Positions 1 to 10,144 of a stretch of DNA of 36,995 bases are shown here, one piece after another. The DNA lies in IMG/VR virus record IMGVR_UViG_2565956608_000011. One strand, written 5' to 3'. Each line of letters starts with the position of its first letter. The first letter of the stretch is position 1. Below the pieces are notes generated by a model. That model searched no databases, was not told the origin of the DNA, and saw nothing but the letters and a program-made list of their open reading frames with translations. The stretch comes from a virus. Taxonomy: Duplodnaviria; Heunggongvirae; Uroviricota; Caudoviricetes. The translations under genes and the position numbers were made by a program.

Positions 1-258
1 ATGCAAACCGTTATTTTTGGTCGTCCGGGTTGCCCTTACTGTGTGCGTGCAAAAGATCTGGCTGAGAAATTGAGCAATGAACGCGATGATTTCCAGTATC
101 AGTATGTAGATATTCGTGCGGAAGGGATCACTAAAGAAGATCTACAACAAAAGGCAGGTAAACCCGTAGAAACCGTGCCGCAGATTTTTGTCGATCAGCA
201 ACATATCGGCGGCTATACCGATTTTGCTGCATGGGCGAAAGAGAATCTGGACGCCTGA
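1..258 (+). CDS. grxA: glutaredoxin 1
   Basis: 85-aa ORF starting at window base 1 with the CPYC active-site motif (GRPGCPYCVRAK); recognised as E. coli GrxA. Confidence 0.9.
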   Translation: MQTVIFGRPGCPYCVRAKDLAEKLSNERDDFQYQYVDIRAEGITKEDLQQKAGKPVETVPQIFVDQQHIGGYTDFAAWAKENLDA

Positions 259-267
259 TCGTCTGAC

Positions 268-300
268 AAGCCCTCGCGTTGAGGGCTTTATTGATTTTTT
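268..300. terminator. putative bidirectional rho-independent terminator between grxA and ybjM
   Basis: stem AAGCCCTC / GAGGGCTT with 5-nt loop, followed by a T-rich run; overlaps the ybjM stop. Confidence 0.5.
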
Positions 301-665
301 CTGTGCTGTGGTTTAAACAAACTACTGATAAATAAGAAACACAATGCCCCCAGCGCACACCAGAACACCGCACTTAATAACCATGCCAGCTCTTGCCAGA
401 ATGAGCGCGTCGGTGAAAAAAACAGCCGCATAATGAGCATCGAACAGGGTGCCGCCAGCATTGCGCCAAACAGAGGTTTCAGGACTTCTCTACGATGTGA
501 AAAGAAGCTGGCAACTGCACCAGGAAGAATGAAAAATAGCAAACCGATTTCAGGATGCCCGGCAGCCCGAAAAGCGCCTTTCATGTGCGTCGCCAGAAAA
601 AGACACACCACAATGAAGAGGACAAAACAGCAGATTGCCCCCGCCCAACGTTGTTTATGTTTCAC
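288..665 (-). CDS. ybjM: small inner-membrane protein YbjM
   Basis: 125-aa hydrophobic ORF convergent with grxA; length and conserved grxA-ybjM-ybjL synteny match E. coli. Confidence 0.75.
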   Translation of the reverse strand: MKHKQRWAGAICCFVLFIVVCLFLATHMKGAFRAAGHPEIGLLFFILPGAVASFFSHRREVLKPLFGAMLAAPCSMLIMRLFFSPTRSFWQELAWLLSAVFWCALGALCFLFISSLFKPQHRKNQ

Positions 666-934
666 TCGTTCCTCCTGACACTGCGTCTATCGAACACATT
701 TTTCGCCAGTGTGGCGTTCAGTAAGATAAAGCCGCTTCGCATTCCATGCTAATATAGGCCAACGCAATTCATATAGCCGTTGATACCTAATGTGATTACA
801 CTAGTAAAATATATTGTTACTTTACTATCTTTTAGGTGCGCTGAATGAATCTGCGCCCTGAATTCTGGTAAAAAACATTATCGTAAATTACCATTTCTTT
901 CAACAGCTTACTAGTAAACAAGAAGTTAGCCTCC

Positions 935-2620
935 GTGAATATAAACGTCGCCGAATTGTTAAATGGGAATTACATTCTGTTATTATTTGTGGTCCTCGCG
1001 CTTGGGCTATGTCTCGGGAAATTACGACTTGGTTCGATCCAACTGGGTAATTCCATTGGCGTTTTAGTCGTATCGCTGTTATTAGGCCAACAACATTTCA
1101 GCATTAACACCGACGCGCTTAATCTTGGCTTTATGCTGTTTATTTTCTGCGTCGGGGTCGAAGCCGGACCGAACTTTTTTTCCATTTTTTTTCGCGATGG
1201 GAAAAATTACCTAATGTTAGCACTGGTGATGGTTGGCAGTGCGCTGGTGATCGCCTTAGGGTTAGGTAAGCTGTTTGGCTGGGATATTGGCCTGACGGCC
1301 GGTATGTTAGCTGGCTCTATGACGTCGACACCGGTTCTGGTCGGTGCTGGCGATACACTGCGTCATTCCGGCATGGAAAGCAGGCAGCTCTCACTGGCAC
1401 TGGATAATCTGAGCCTCGGGTATGCCTTAACCTATTTAATCGGTCTGGTGAGTTTGATTGTTGGTGCGCGTTACTTGCCGAAATTGCAGCATCAGGACTT
1501 ACAGACCAGCGCCCAGCAAATCGCCCGCGAACGTGGCCTGGACACTGATGCCAACCGTAAGGTTTATTTACCGGTGATCCGCGCCTACCGCGTCGGCCCG
1601 GAGCTGGTGGCCTGGACCGACGGCAAAAATCTGCGTGAACTGGGTATTTATCGACAAACTGGCTGCTACATTGAACGTATTCGACGTAACGGGATTCTGG
1701 CGAATCCAGACGGTGATGCTGTGCTACAAATGGGCGATGAAATAGCGTTGGTAGGCTATCCCGACGCCCACGCACGACTCGATCCCAGCTTCCGTAACGG
1801 CAAAGAAGTTTTCGATCGTGACCTTCTCGACATGCGTATCGTCACTGAAGAAGTGGTCGTTAAAAACCATAACGCCGTGGGCAAACGTCTCGCACAACTG
1901 AAGTTGACCGATCACGGTTGCTTCCTTAACCGCGTCATTCGTAGCCAGATTGAGATGCCGATAGATGACAACGTCGTGCTTAACAAAGGTGACGTTTTAC
2001 AAGTCAGCGGCGATGCCCGTCGCGTAAAAACCATCGCCGATCGCATCGGCTTTATCTCGATTCACAGCCAGGTCACTGACTTGCTGGCATTCTGCGCCTT
2101 CTTTGTTATTGGGCTGATGATCGGGATGATCACCTTCCAGTTCAGCACATTCAGTTTCGGCATGGGGAACGCTGCCGGGTTGTTATTCGCCGGAATTATG
2201 CTGGGATTTATGCGCGCTAACCACCCGACCTTCGGTTACATTCCGCAGGGTGCATTAAGCATGGTGAAAGAGTTCGGCTTAATGGTGTTTATGGCAGGCG
2301 TTGGTCTGAGCGCCGGTAGCGGTATTAATAACGGCCTGGGCGCGATTGGCGGTCAGATGTTGATTGCCGGATTGATTGTCAGTCTTGTGCCAGTGGTTAT
2401 CTGTTTCTTGTTCGGTGCTTATGTATTGCGAATGAACCGCGCACTGTTGTTCGGCGCAATGATGGGCGCACGCACCTGCGCGCCGGCAATGGAGATCATC
2501 AGTGATACAGCTCGCAGTAACATCCCGGCGCTGGGCTATGCGGGCACCTATGCAATCGCCAACGTCCTGCTGACGCTGGCAGGGACAATCATCGTCATGG
2601 TATGGCCAGGATTAGGATAA
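935..2620 (+). CDS. ybjL: putative AAE-family transporter YbjL (two membrane domains flanking cytoplasmic TrkA-C-like region)
   Basis: 561-aa ORF with GTG start at 935 ([11 protein letters not shown]...), N- and C-terminal hydrophobic blocks; recognised as E. coli YbjL. Confidence 0.9.
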
Positions 2621-2732
2621 AACTGAAGTTGCCCTGAAAATGAAATTTTTTTGCACAACCGCAGAACTTTTCCGCAGGGCATCAGTCTTAATTAGTGCCA
2701 CTGCTTTTCTTTGATGTCCCCATTTTGTGGAG

Positions 2733-2775
2733 CCCATCAACCCCGCCATTTCGGTTCAAGGTTGATGGGTTTTTT
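2733..2775 (+). terminator. putative rho-independent terminator downstream of ybjL
   Basis: inverted repeat CCCATCAACC ... GGTTGATGGG followed by TTTTTT. Confidence 0.4.
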
Positions 2776-2855
2776 GTTGCCTGAAATTTAAGCTGTTTAA
2801 AATCATGATGTTAGAAACACTGTTTTTTAACGATGGCGACAAAATGGCGGCAGCG

Positions 2856-3074
2856 TCAAAGAGAGAGCGCCACCTGTCCTGATTTCATTGGATGCGGCTG
2901 AACCGGATTTGACTCTTTTGGCGTTGCAATCGAACGAACAAAAGTTTCATGGGTAACAAAAGTATGGCTGCAGTTAATGTTCTGGCACTGGTTGTAACGC
3001 TCTTTGGTCAATGAAGATACCTGAAAACTGCTGCGAGTATGGGCGGCACTTCCACACAGTGGGCAAATCATCAT
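2856..3074 (-). CDS. ogr: late-gene transcriptional activator Ogr (zinc finger)
   Basis: 72-aa product from internal Met (MMICPLCGSAAH...KERYNQCQNINCSHTF) with C-X2-C-X22-C-X4-C motif as in P2 Ogr; the longer 83-aa ORF in the track is probably an N-terminal over-extension. Confidence 0.8.
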   Translation of the reverse strand: MMICPLCGSAAHTRSSFQVSSLTKERYNQCQNINCSHTFVTHETFVRSIATPKESNPVQPHPMKSGQVALSL

Positions 3075-3164
3075 TTTTCGAGTTCTCCCCATTTTTGCTA
3101 AATTCACAATAATGATACCGCATTATTCCATTTTGCAAACTTAAAAGTTCTCCATTGCGAAGAA

Positions 3165-4265
3165 TCATTCCATTTCGAAATCATCAATCCTCACTTCAAG
3201 CTCCAGACTGGTTGTAAAACCGTTATCGGGGCTGACGGTATGCGTCAGAGTCGTAATGGTCCATTCCGCATCATCTATCGGCTGTTTAAAGCCACTGACC
3301 TTCACAGGCATTTCTGTGTAGAGATCTGCCCGCCCTTCCGCCAGTTGTAGCGAGAATGATGCAACGCCGCGTTGCAGGCGTTCCCACTGCATTTTCGCTG
3401 CCCGTTCGGCGTTGCTCCGGTTGGCATAAGTGCGATTAAGTACCAGCACGTTTTCATCCGTACCCACCAGGTAATCGCCCTGCTTCGCTTCCGGCTCTTT
3501 CTTCTGCTTCTTAGTCCTGCGCTTACGCTTCACCGTGGTGCTTTCTTTCTTCGCGGGTTCGCGGGTATGCAACCAACTGGCAATTACGCCCGTGTAGGCT
3601 CCGCGATCTGCCAGGGTAAAGCGGTGACTGTCGCCGTCCTTACGTGTGATTGAGATCACCGGCAGTGGTTTACCGCTGGCGCTTTTGCCCTGTCCCTGCC
3701 GGATGAATAACAGATTGCCATTTTTCACCGACGCGATGGCACCGTACTGGCGCGCCAGCCGCATCAGAAAACTGCCGTCACTCTCATTAGTCTGGTCTAT
3801 ATGCTCCACGGGCTTATCCGACAGGTCTTTACCCAGTGCCATCTTCAGCTTATGACGCGCGGCTATTTCCTTCACCACTTCCCCGACAGTGGTCTTGTGC
3901 CACGATTTTTCACGGCGGGTATTCAGCGTTTCCCTAAAATCAGCACTTCGCGCCCGGATAGTCAGGCGATCCGGTGCGCCGGTGTGTTCAATCTCGTCCA
4001 CCGTGAATGCCCCTTTCGGGAAAAGCGGCTGCCCCTTCCAGCCCAGCGCCAGCGTGATGACCGCACCACGGCGCGGCAGCACGATTTTTCCGTCGGCGTC
4101 GTCCAGCTCCAGATCAAGCTGGTCTGCTTCAAAGCCCCGATTGTCCGTCAACGTCAGACTCATCAGGCGGTTATCCAGCACAGTGGTGATATCCTTCCCC
4201 TCAATACTGATGCTGAATGCGGGAGTTTTGTTGCCTTTGTTAAGCAGTTCAGAGCTGAAATTCAC
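3165..4265 (-). CDS. D: tail protein D (late control gene D-type)
   Basis: 366-aa ORF at the P2 gpD position immediately upstream of ogr; stop/start overlap with U. Confidence 0.8.
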   Translation of the reverse strand: MNFSSELLNKGNKTPAFSISIEGKDITTVLDNRLMSLTLTDNRGFEADQLDLELDDADGKIVLPRRGAVITLALGWKGQPLFPKGAFTVDEIEHTGAPDRLTIRARSADFRETLNTRREKSWHKTTVGEVVKEIAARHKLKMALGKDLSDKPVEHIDQTNESDGSFLMRLARQYGAIASVKNGNLLFIRQGQGKSASGKPLPVISITRKDGDSHRFTLADRGAYTGVIASWLHTREPAKKESTTVKRKRRTKKQKKEPEAKQGDYLVGTDENVLVLNRTYANRSNAERAAKMQWERLQRGVASFSLQLAEGRADLYTEMPVKVSGFKQPIDDAEWTITTLTHTVSPDNGFTTSLELEVRIDDFEME

Positions 4266-4747
4266 GACAGCAGCCCTCCCACCGTTTTACTGATATCGCT
4301 TAAGGCAGACGTTGCCGTATCCTGCAAATTATTCAGCTGCGCACTGAGATCACCGAACATATCGGACAGGGATTCATCCACCCGTTTGAGCGACAGGGTA
4401 AACTCAATCCGGCGCGGCATACCATCGCGGAAAAACTCCGTTTTAGTCTGATTCAGTCCCTCAATCACATACATGCCATAAATCGTGCCGCTGCCTTCAA
4501 TCAGGGGCCATGCTTTCCCCTGTTCTGCCATCTGCTCCAGTGCCAGCAACGACATCCTGCCACCTGTTATCTCCGGCATAAGAACACCGGAAAGCGTCAG
4601 CATGTCGTTGTCCGGTCCCAGAAACTGCGTGGACGGACGTCGGTTTACCCGGCTGTTTGCCGCATGTCGCCAGCTGCGTTGATACTGCAGCTCCTGATAC
4701 GGCACGGTGCGCAGCATAAACACGTACAATCCCAGCACCATCATCAT
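4262..4747 (-). CDS. U: tail protein U
   Basis: 161-aa ORF between T and D with overlapping stop/start codons (P2 synteny). Confidence 0.8.
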   Translation of the reverse strand: MMMVLGLYVFMLRTVPYQELQYQRSWRHAANSRVNRRPSTQFLGPDNDMLTLSGVLMPEITGGRMSLLALEQMAEQGKAWPLIEGSGTIYGMYVIEGLNQTKTEFFRDGMPRRIEFTLSLKRVDESLSDMFGDLSAQLNNLQDTATSALSDISKTVGGLLS

Positions 4748-7700
4748 GCGTCGTATCCCCCCTGATCGCTGTAGTTACTCCTGGCTTTTGCCTTCAGCCT
4801 GCGTTCACGTTCATCAAGCTGGCGGGCCACCTCCCGCGCAATATCCTGCGCACTTTGTCCTGGCTGCGTCTGAATGATGATCTGCGTCGGTGCCTCAATC
4901 CGTTGAACGGGCGGCACAGTGGCTGCACGACTCACCATCGCTTCGCCGCCTTTCGCGGGAAGTGCCAAAGGATGTAACGGTGGAAGCTCTGTAGGCGCGG
5001 CAGCAACGCCCATCATTCCGGCAACAACCGCAGCCAGTGCAGCGGTATTTCTCCGGCTGGTCACGTTTGCCGGGCCGTTGACAATTTCCGGCCCGTTTTC
5101 ACCGACGATGCCAAACTGCCCGCGCGGGATATAGCCGCCGCTGTCATACATCCCCGCAAAGCCATATCCCCATGACGGAAAACCACCCGATGGCATCATC
5201 ACTTTACCGTCTGCATTCACCGTCGCAGGTTGCTGACGCGTCACGCTTTCCGGCAGTTTAGCCTTTGCAGCCTCTTTACTGACAATGCCGAGTTTATCCA
5301 GCAACCAGGAAACGCCGGATTTCAGGGAGTCCAGCGGATGCATGACCATATTCAGCCCTTCCGCCAGTGCCTCCCCGAATCGTCGCCCCATTGCCGCTGC
5401 GCTCTGCAGTTCGGCAGAGGTCGACTTAACAGGCGTCAGCAGATCAGTAAACCAGCCCCACAGCGCCTGCACTTTGTCGCCAATCCACTGGAACACGGGC
5501 TTAAGTGGTTCAAACGCTGCACTGATGGGACCTGCCGCCGCTTTGAATCCTTCCACCACGCCACCGAGAAATGCGGTGATGGGTTGCCAGTATTTCCAGA
5601 CAACCAGCGCCACACCCGCCAGTGCAGTAACCACAAGACCTATCGGACTAAGCAGAGCACCTAACAGACCAGATATGGCATACAGGGCAACGCGCAGCAT
5701 CGCCAGCGGACCAGATGCAAGCACTCGCAGCACCGCGCCTGCGGCTGCCAGTCCACCGCGCAGTACCGCCAGAGGATTCATAAACATCACAGCAACAGCA
5801 CGTAAACCGGATAATCCAGACCGCAAAAGTGCAACTGGCGCACCTGCTACAGTTTTCAGGACATTTCCCGTCAGTGATGCCGTGCGGCGCAAAGACGACA
5901 ACGGCGCAGTAAGTAAACCTGCGGCGTTGCCCGATGAAGCAAGCCCGCGTCGCAGCAGTGCCAGTGGAGCGCCAGCCAACCAGGACAACGCGTTGCTGGT
6001 TCGAGTTACTGCTGCCGTAACGGAAGGTAACGTTTTGATACCCAGCACAGAGAATCCCAGACGGATCACTGCCAGCGGCCCCAGCACTGCAGCCATCGCC
6101 ACCGCTAAGGTGCCTAGGCCTACGGTAACCGCAGCCACAACAGCCGCTACTTTCATCAGTGTGCCTGTCAGTTCCGGGTTAGCTTCCACCCAGCGACGCA
6201 ACGCCCCCGTGACGCTTTTCACCGTGTAAAGAATATCCATCAGCGGCTGGCGCAGCGTTTCACCCAGGCTGCTGAAGGTGTTCTGCGCTCCGGTTTTGAC
6301 CAGCAACCACTGCGCAGAAAGTGAGTCCTTGTTAATGTCGGATTCTTTCTGCATGGAGCCGAGCGCATCATTGCCCGCTGTCAGTTTTAGCTGGCGCTGC
6401 AGTTCCGGCAGGTTGTTTGCCAGTTTCGCCGCGTCATCGCCAAACTCTTTACCAAACAACATTGTCATGGCAGACAGGCGCTTATCCTGCGGCAGTGCGT
6501 TCACCTTCTCCAGTACGCGCTGGATGGTTCCCATCGCATCCTTCGTCATCTGCTTTTCAATCACTTCAGGATTGAGTTTCAGCAGATTCATCCCTTCAAA
6601 GAAACTCTTGCTTTGCATGGTGGCAATGGACAATTCACGCACCATCGCGTTTGCTGCACTGGCAGCAACCTCCGGTGCAGCGCCCAGTGTCAGGAAGGTG
6701 GAACCCAGCGCCGCCGCTTTACGATAATCCAGACGATCAGCCACACCGCCCAGACGTTGCATCACATCAATGATGTCCGCCCCTTTCGACATGGCGTTAT
6801 CATCCAGATAGTTCAGCGCATCGCCGAGCTGTTCAATATTGCGGGTAGGGATTTTGTAGAGCTGGGCGATTTTCCCCAGACTTTCTGACAGTTCATCCGC
6901 TGGCAGCTCAAAGGCTGTTGCCGCCTTTGCTGCCGTACTGGCGAAGGCCAGCAGGTCACGTTTCTGGTCTTCCCAGCTGTCGTCAGGGTTTGCAACGTTC
7001 ATACGCGCACCACCTTCAACCAGTGCAGCGAAGTCCACCGCACCGTTTTCCATCGGCAACTGTTCGCTGGCAGCTTTGATGGCATCCTGCATTTCATAAA
7101 AACGTGCAGTGCGGTTGCCATTATCGTCACGCAGACCATTGACCTGCTTTGCCACACCTTTCATGGCATCTTCCATGCTGGTATAGCTTTTTACTGCCGC
7201 CATCACTGGCGTCCCCATTGCCAGCCCTGCAGCCGTGGTGGTGGCTCCGGCTCCTGCGATGCGATCGCGCACCTCCAGCGAACGGGCATAACTGGCACGC
7301 GCTGCATTCATCCTGCGCTGAGCTTCCCCCAGTCGCTTCAGCCGCGCCTCCTGTTTCGACAGTTCCTGGTTATAACGTGATGTTTCACGGGCTAAACGGG
7401 CAGTTGCTCCCGCATCATCTTTCGCAGAAATTCCCGCCCGGTACAGTTCTGCACGCACAAGCGCCGTTTGCTTCTGCAAATATTTTTGTTGTTCTTCCAG
7501 ACGTTGGACTGCCAGCGTTTGCCGACCTAAAGCCACAAGGTGCCGTTGTGATGGTTGTTCCATCGACTCCAGCTCAGAGCTAAGCAAATTAGCCTTCTGT
7601 CTGGCATAGTTCAGCCTGTCGCCTAACTTCTTGTTATCGGCCTGCAGCTTGCGAAATTTTTCCAGGCTGTTACCCGCCTGATTGAGTTGCTTTAATGCGT

Positions 7701-7824
7701 CACGGGAGTTTCTGATTGCGCCAGCCAGCTCTTTCGAACTGGCCTGTGCAGCACGGAATGGGCGGGTGAGTTTGTCAACCGCATTAAGAATGACCTGCAG
7801 GCGCAGGTTGTTATCACTCATCAT
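4744..7824 (-). CDS. T: tail tape-measure protein
   Basis: 1026-aa ORF; N-terminal coiled coil, central Ala/Gly/Leu-rich hydrophobic repeats, position after E/E'. Confidence 0.9.
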   Translation of the reverse strand: MMSDNNLRLQVILNAVDKLTRPFRAAQASSKELAGAIRNSRDALKQLNQAGNSLEKFRKLQADNKKLGDRLNYARQKANLLSSELESMEQPSQRHLVALGRQTLAVQRLEEQQKYLQKQTALVRAELYRAGISAKDDAGATARLARETSRYNQELSKQEARLKRLGEAQRRMNAARASYARSLEVRDRIAGAGATTTAAGLAMGTPVMAAVKSYTSMEDAMKGVAKQVNGLRDDNGNRTARFYEMQDAIKAASEQLPMENGAVDFAALVEGGARMNVANPDDSWEDQKRDLLAFASTAAKAATAFELPADELSESLGKIAQLYKIPTRNIEQLGDALNYLDDNAMSKGADIIDVMQRLGGVADRLDYRKAAALGSTFLTLGAAPEVAASAANAMVRELSIATMQSKSFFEGMNLLKLNPEVIEKQMTKDAMGTIQRVLEKVNALPQDKRLSAMTMLFGKEFGDDAAKLANNLPELQRQLKLTAGNDALGSMQKESDINKDSLSAQWLLVKTGAQNTFSSLGETLRQPLMDILYTVKSVTGALRRWVEANPELTGTLMKVAAVVAAVTVGLGTLAVAMAAVLGPLAVIRLGFSVLGIKTLPSVTAAVTRTSNALSWLAGAPLALLRRGLASSGNAAGLLTAPLSSLRRTASLTGNVLKTVAGAPVALLRSGLSGLRAVAVMFMNPLAVLRGGLAAAGAVLRVLASGPLAMLRVALYAISGLLGALLSPIGLVVTALAGVALVVWKYWQPITAFLGGVVEGFKAAAGPISAAFEPLKPVFQWIGDKVQALWGWFTDLLTPVKSTSAELQSAAAMGRRFGEALAEGLNMVMHPLDSLKSGVSWLLDKLGIVSKEAAKAKLPESVTRQQPATVNADGKVMMPSGGFPSWGYGFAGMYDSGGYIPRGQFGIVGENGPEIVNGPANVTSRRNTAALAAVVAGMMGVAAAPTELPPLHPLALPAKGGEAMVSRAATVPPVQRIEAPTQIIIQTQPGQSAQDIAREVARQLDERERRLKAKARSNYSDQGGYDA

Positions 7825-8250
7825 TGGCCCCGCTTCTCTGAATCGCTTTATACCGCCATTCCAGCACTTCGGTCAGCGGCATAACGTCAGTAACGGATGG
7901 CGGCCAGTGAAAAATGGTGGCGATATCTGCCACCAGATCGTCAACCGTCAGGCTGTCGGTAAACCGGCAAGCACCGACTTCTTCAACAAAAAAGTGACAA
8001 CCTCAACCGACATGGCGGTGAGATCTGCCGGGTCCATCTCTGCAATTTCCTGTGCGGTCAGTGCCGGGCTGGAGATGCGGGGGATCACGGTCATCATCGC
8101 GTTCACATCCATATCCATAATGGCCTGCAGGCGTGTACCGCGCAGCGCACCGGACTGCGGTTTACGCAGCACAATTTCGGTAATTTCTGTTTTACCGCGC
8201 TTGATAGGGGTATCCAGTTGAATGGTCTTTTCAGTCTGCTTATCGCTCAT
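7814..8250 (-). CDS. E': tail assembly chaperone E+E' (predicted programmed -1 frameshift product)
   Basis: hand translation of the -1 frame from the slippery site (7987-7993) is open for ~57 codons and stops at 7814-7816, a few nt past the T start codon, as in P2 E/E' and lambda G/GT. Confidence 0.6.
7948..8250 (-). CDS. E: tail assembly chaperone E
   Basis: 100-aa ORF between FII and T containing a TTTTTTG slippery heptamer near its 3' end. Confidence 0.8.
   Translation of the reverse strand: MSDKQTEKTIQLDTPIKRGKTEITEIVLRKPQSGALRGTRLQAIMDMDVNAMMTVIPRISSPALTAQEIAEMDPADLTAMSVEVVTFLLKKSVLAGLPTA
7987..7993 (-). other. -1 ribosomal frameshift slippery heptamer T_TTT_TTG
   Basis: minus strand reads ACT TTT TTG TTG AAG in the E frame. 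Confidence 0.6.
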
Positions 8251-8304
8251 TTTGTTGTCCTGTGAATTGGGTTCTGGCGCGGAATCCCGCGCCGTTCAGA
8301 TACA

Positions 8305-8820
8305 TCAGAGGCCGAGGGCGTTGCGGTGCGCTTCCATCAGGTCCACACCGTCCACAATTTCCACCATGTTGATAAGGTCCACTTCATAGAGCACCTCACC
8401 ATTGATGGTCAGCTTCGCGTAGCTGTTGGTACTGGTCACTTTGGTGGTGTTGCTTTCGCCCGTCTTCCACTCGCCGGAATCCACTTCTTTGTGACGTCCA
8501 CGCACCACAAGCTCCACGGCCTGCACTTCTCCGGTATCGTCACGCTGGATAGAGCCGGTAAAGCGCAACTGGATGCCATCCACCGTGGCTTTGCCCATCT
8601 GCTTAAACAGCAGCAGTTCAGTACCACCAATGGAAAATTCTGTGTCCAGCGCACTTTCATCAAGCCCCAGATCCACATCAACTGCACCAGGCATTCCGCC
8701 GCCGCGATACTTCTCATATTTGCGGGTGAATTTCGGCAGCGTCAGCGACTCTACGATCCCCTGCCAGTTGTTCCCGTCGTTAAACAGGTTCAGATGTTTT
8801 AATTTGCGTGGTAAAGCCAT
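8305..8820 (-). CDS. FII: tail tube protein FII
   Basis: 171-aa ORF directly downstream of the sheath gene; P2 synteny. Confidence 0.85.
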   Translation of the reverse strand: MALPRKLKHLNLFNDGNNWQGIVESLTLPKFTRKYEKYRGGGMPGAVDVDLGLDESALDTEFSIGGTELLLFKQMGKATVDGIQLRFTGSIQRDDTGEVQAVELVVRGRHKEVDSGEWKTGESNTTKVTSTNSYAKLTINGEVLYEVDLINMVEIVDGVDLMEAHRNALGL

Positions 8821-8829
8821 GTTGTCCCC

Positions 8830-10002
8830 TTACGCGCTGACCTGGCTGGCGAAATTCACCAGGTACTGATCGGTGATGCGCTGGCGCAGCATCAGATTTT
8901 CAAGTGGCGGCACTGGCGTGTAGTCGTAGTCGATGGTGAGTTTTCCGGCTTTCAGGGTGTCTTTGTCGTTCACCGACTCGTCCAGCCAGCAATCACCACC
9001 AATGAGATACCCCTGACTTACCAGGCTGCGCATTTTGGCGCGGATACCTTCGATAATGTCGCGGGCCAGCGACGGGTTCAGCGGTTTGTCCACCGCCCAC
9101 ATGTGCGCTTCTGCCATTGTGTCCGTCAGCACCTGCGCCGTGCGGGTGTAGTTTTCGAAGGCAAAGAGTGGGTCATCACTCAGGCAGCGGGAACCCCAGA
9201 AGCGAAAGCCGTCTTTGCGGATAAGTGTGGTAACATCGTTCTGGTTAAGCAGTCCCGCATCAGTTGCCGGGTCCTGCAGATCCCAGAACACATCAGCAGA
9301 AATTCCGGTGACACCGTTCACGCCCACGTTGGACAGGCTTTTGTGCCACCCTGTCTGCTCATCAATTTTGGCACGCAGACCGAGCGCACGGGCGGTGGCA
9401 TATGCCGTTGCGTCGGCATTCAGCACCGTGTCCCAGCCAGTAAAGTCAGGCCAAATCAGCATTCCTTCGCGCTGGCTGAAGTTTTCACGGTAAGTGATCG
9501 CCTCCTGTACCGTCTTGCAGCCATACGCTGACAGGTAAGCAAACCCACGCAGGCTTTGCGCCACGCTCAGCAACTCAGTCGCAACGGCTTTGTTATCGTG
9601 ACCTGGCACGCCGAGAATGCGCGGTTTAACGCCGAGCTGTGACTGGGCAGATAGCAGGGCTTTCATGCCTGTTTTTTTACCTTCAGCAGTCACAGCGCCG
9701 ATGATATTGGTCGTGGTTTCGTCTTCCGTTTCACCCTGCGGCACACGCACAACAACGGTCACGGGTTTTGCCTGATCAGCGATGGCATCCAGCGAACGGG
9801 CCAGAGTACCGGACTCACCCGCTTTACCGCTGGCAGTCAGCACATCAGTGATCAGCACGGGTTTATTAAGAGGAAACATTTTTGCATCGGCATCATCGCC
9901 CGTGCAGACCATACCCACGATGGCGGTGCTCACCGTGGTAATGGATCGGGTGCCTTCGTTGACTTCAACAACGCGCACCCCGTGGTGGTAATCCTGAGCC
10001 AT
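8830..10002 (-). CDS. FI: contractile tail sheath protein FI
   Basis: 390-aa ORF, first gene of the FI-FII-E-T-U-D block. Confidence 0.85.
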   Translation of the reverse strand: MAQDYHHGVRVVEVNEGTRSITTVSTAIVGMVCTGDDADAKMFPLNKPVLITDVLTASGKAGESGTLARSLDAIADQAKPVTVVVRVPQGETEDETTTNIIGAVTAEGKKTGMKALLSAQSQLGVKPRILGVPGHDNKAVATELLSVAQSLRGFAYLSAYGCKTVQEAITYRENFSQREGMLIWPDFTGWDTVLNADATAYATARALGLRAKIDEQTGWHKSLSNVGVNGVTGISADVFWDLQDPATDAGLLNQNDVTTLIRKDGFRFWGSRCLSDDPLFAFENYTRTAQVLTDTMAEAHMWAVDKPLNPSLARDIIEGIRAKMRSLVSQGYLIGGDCWLDESVNDKDTLKAGKLTIDYDYTPVPPLENLMLRQRITDQYLVNFASQVSA

Positions 10003-10078
10003 AGTGGCGAACCTCCTGATTGGATTAGGCTTCGCCCTATGTTGAAGTGATTGTGCCCGACAAACAGCTAAGTGTAGT

Positions 10079-10096
10079 TGTACAGTTATTCACACA
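10079..10096. promoter_or_regulatory. TGT-N12-ACA dyad, candidate Ogr-dependent late promoter element upstream of FI
   Basis: TGTacagttattcacACA centred ~85 nt upstream of the FI ATG; same dyad type recurs upstream of V and in the O/P divergent region. Confidence 0.45.
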
Positions 10097-10144
10097 AAAT
10101 GACGGTATTTGTCTGCTTGCAGGGATAATCAAAATTATGCTGAT

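Noticed and set aside
2974-3168. 64-aa ORF overlapping ogr in another frame
   Set aside because: Out-of-frame overlap with the zinc-finger ogr ORF, which has the recognisable motif.
3801-4451. 216-aa and 134-aa plus-strand ORFs across the D/U junction
   Set aside because: Antisense to two tightly coupled structural genes; no start context.
5285-6229. 314-aa plus-strand ORF (and neighbours 5230-5664, 6278-6727) inside the tape-measure gene
   Set aside because: Antisense shadow ORFs in a GC-rich gene; Ala/Pro/Arg/Ser-rich low-complexity translations, no RBS, fully overlapped by the well-supported T gene.
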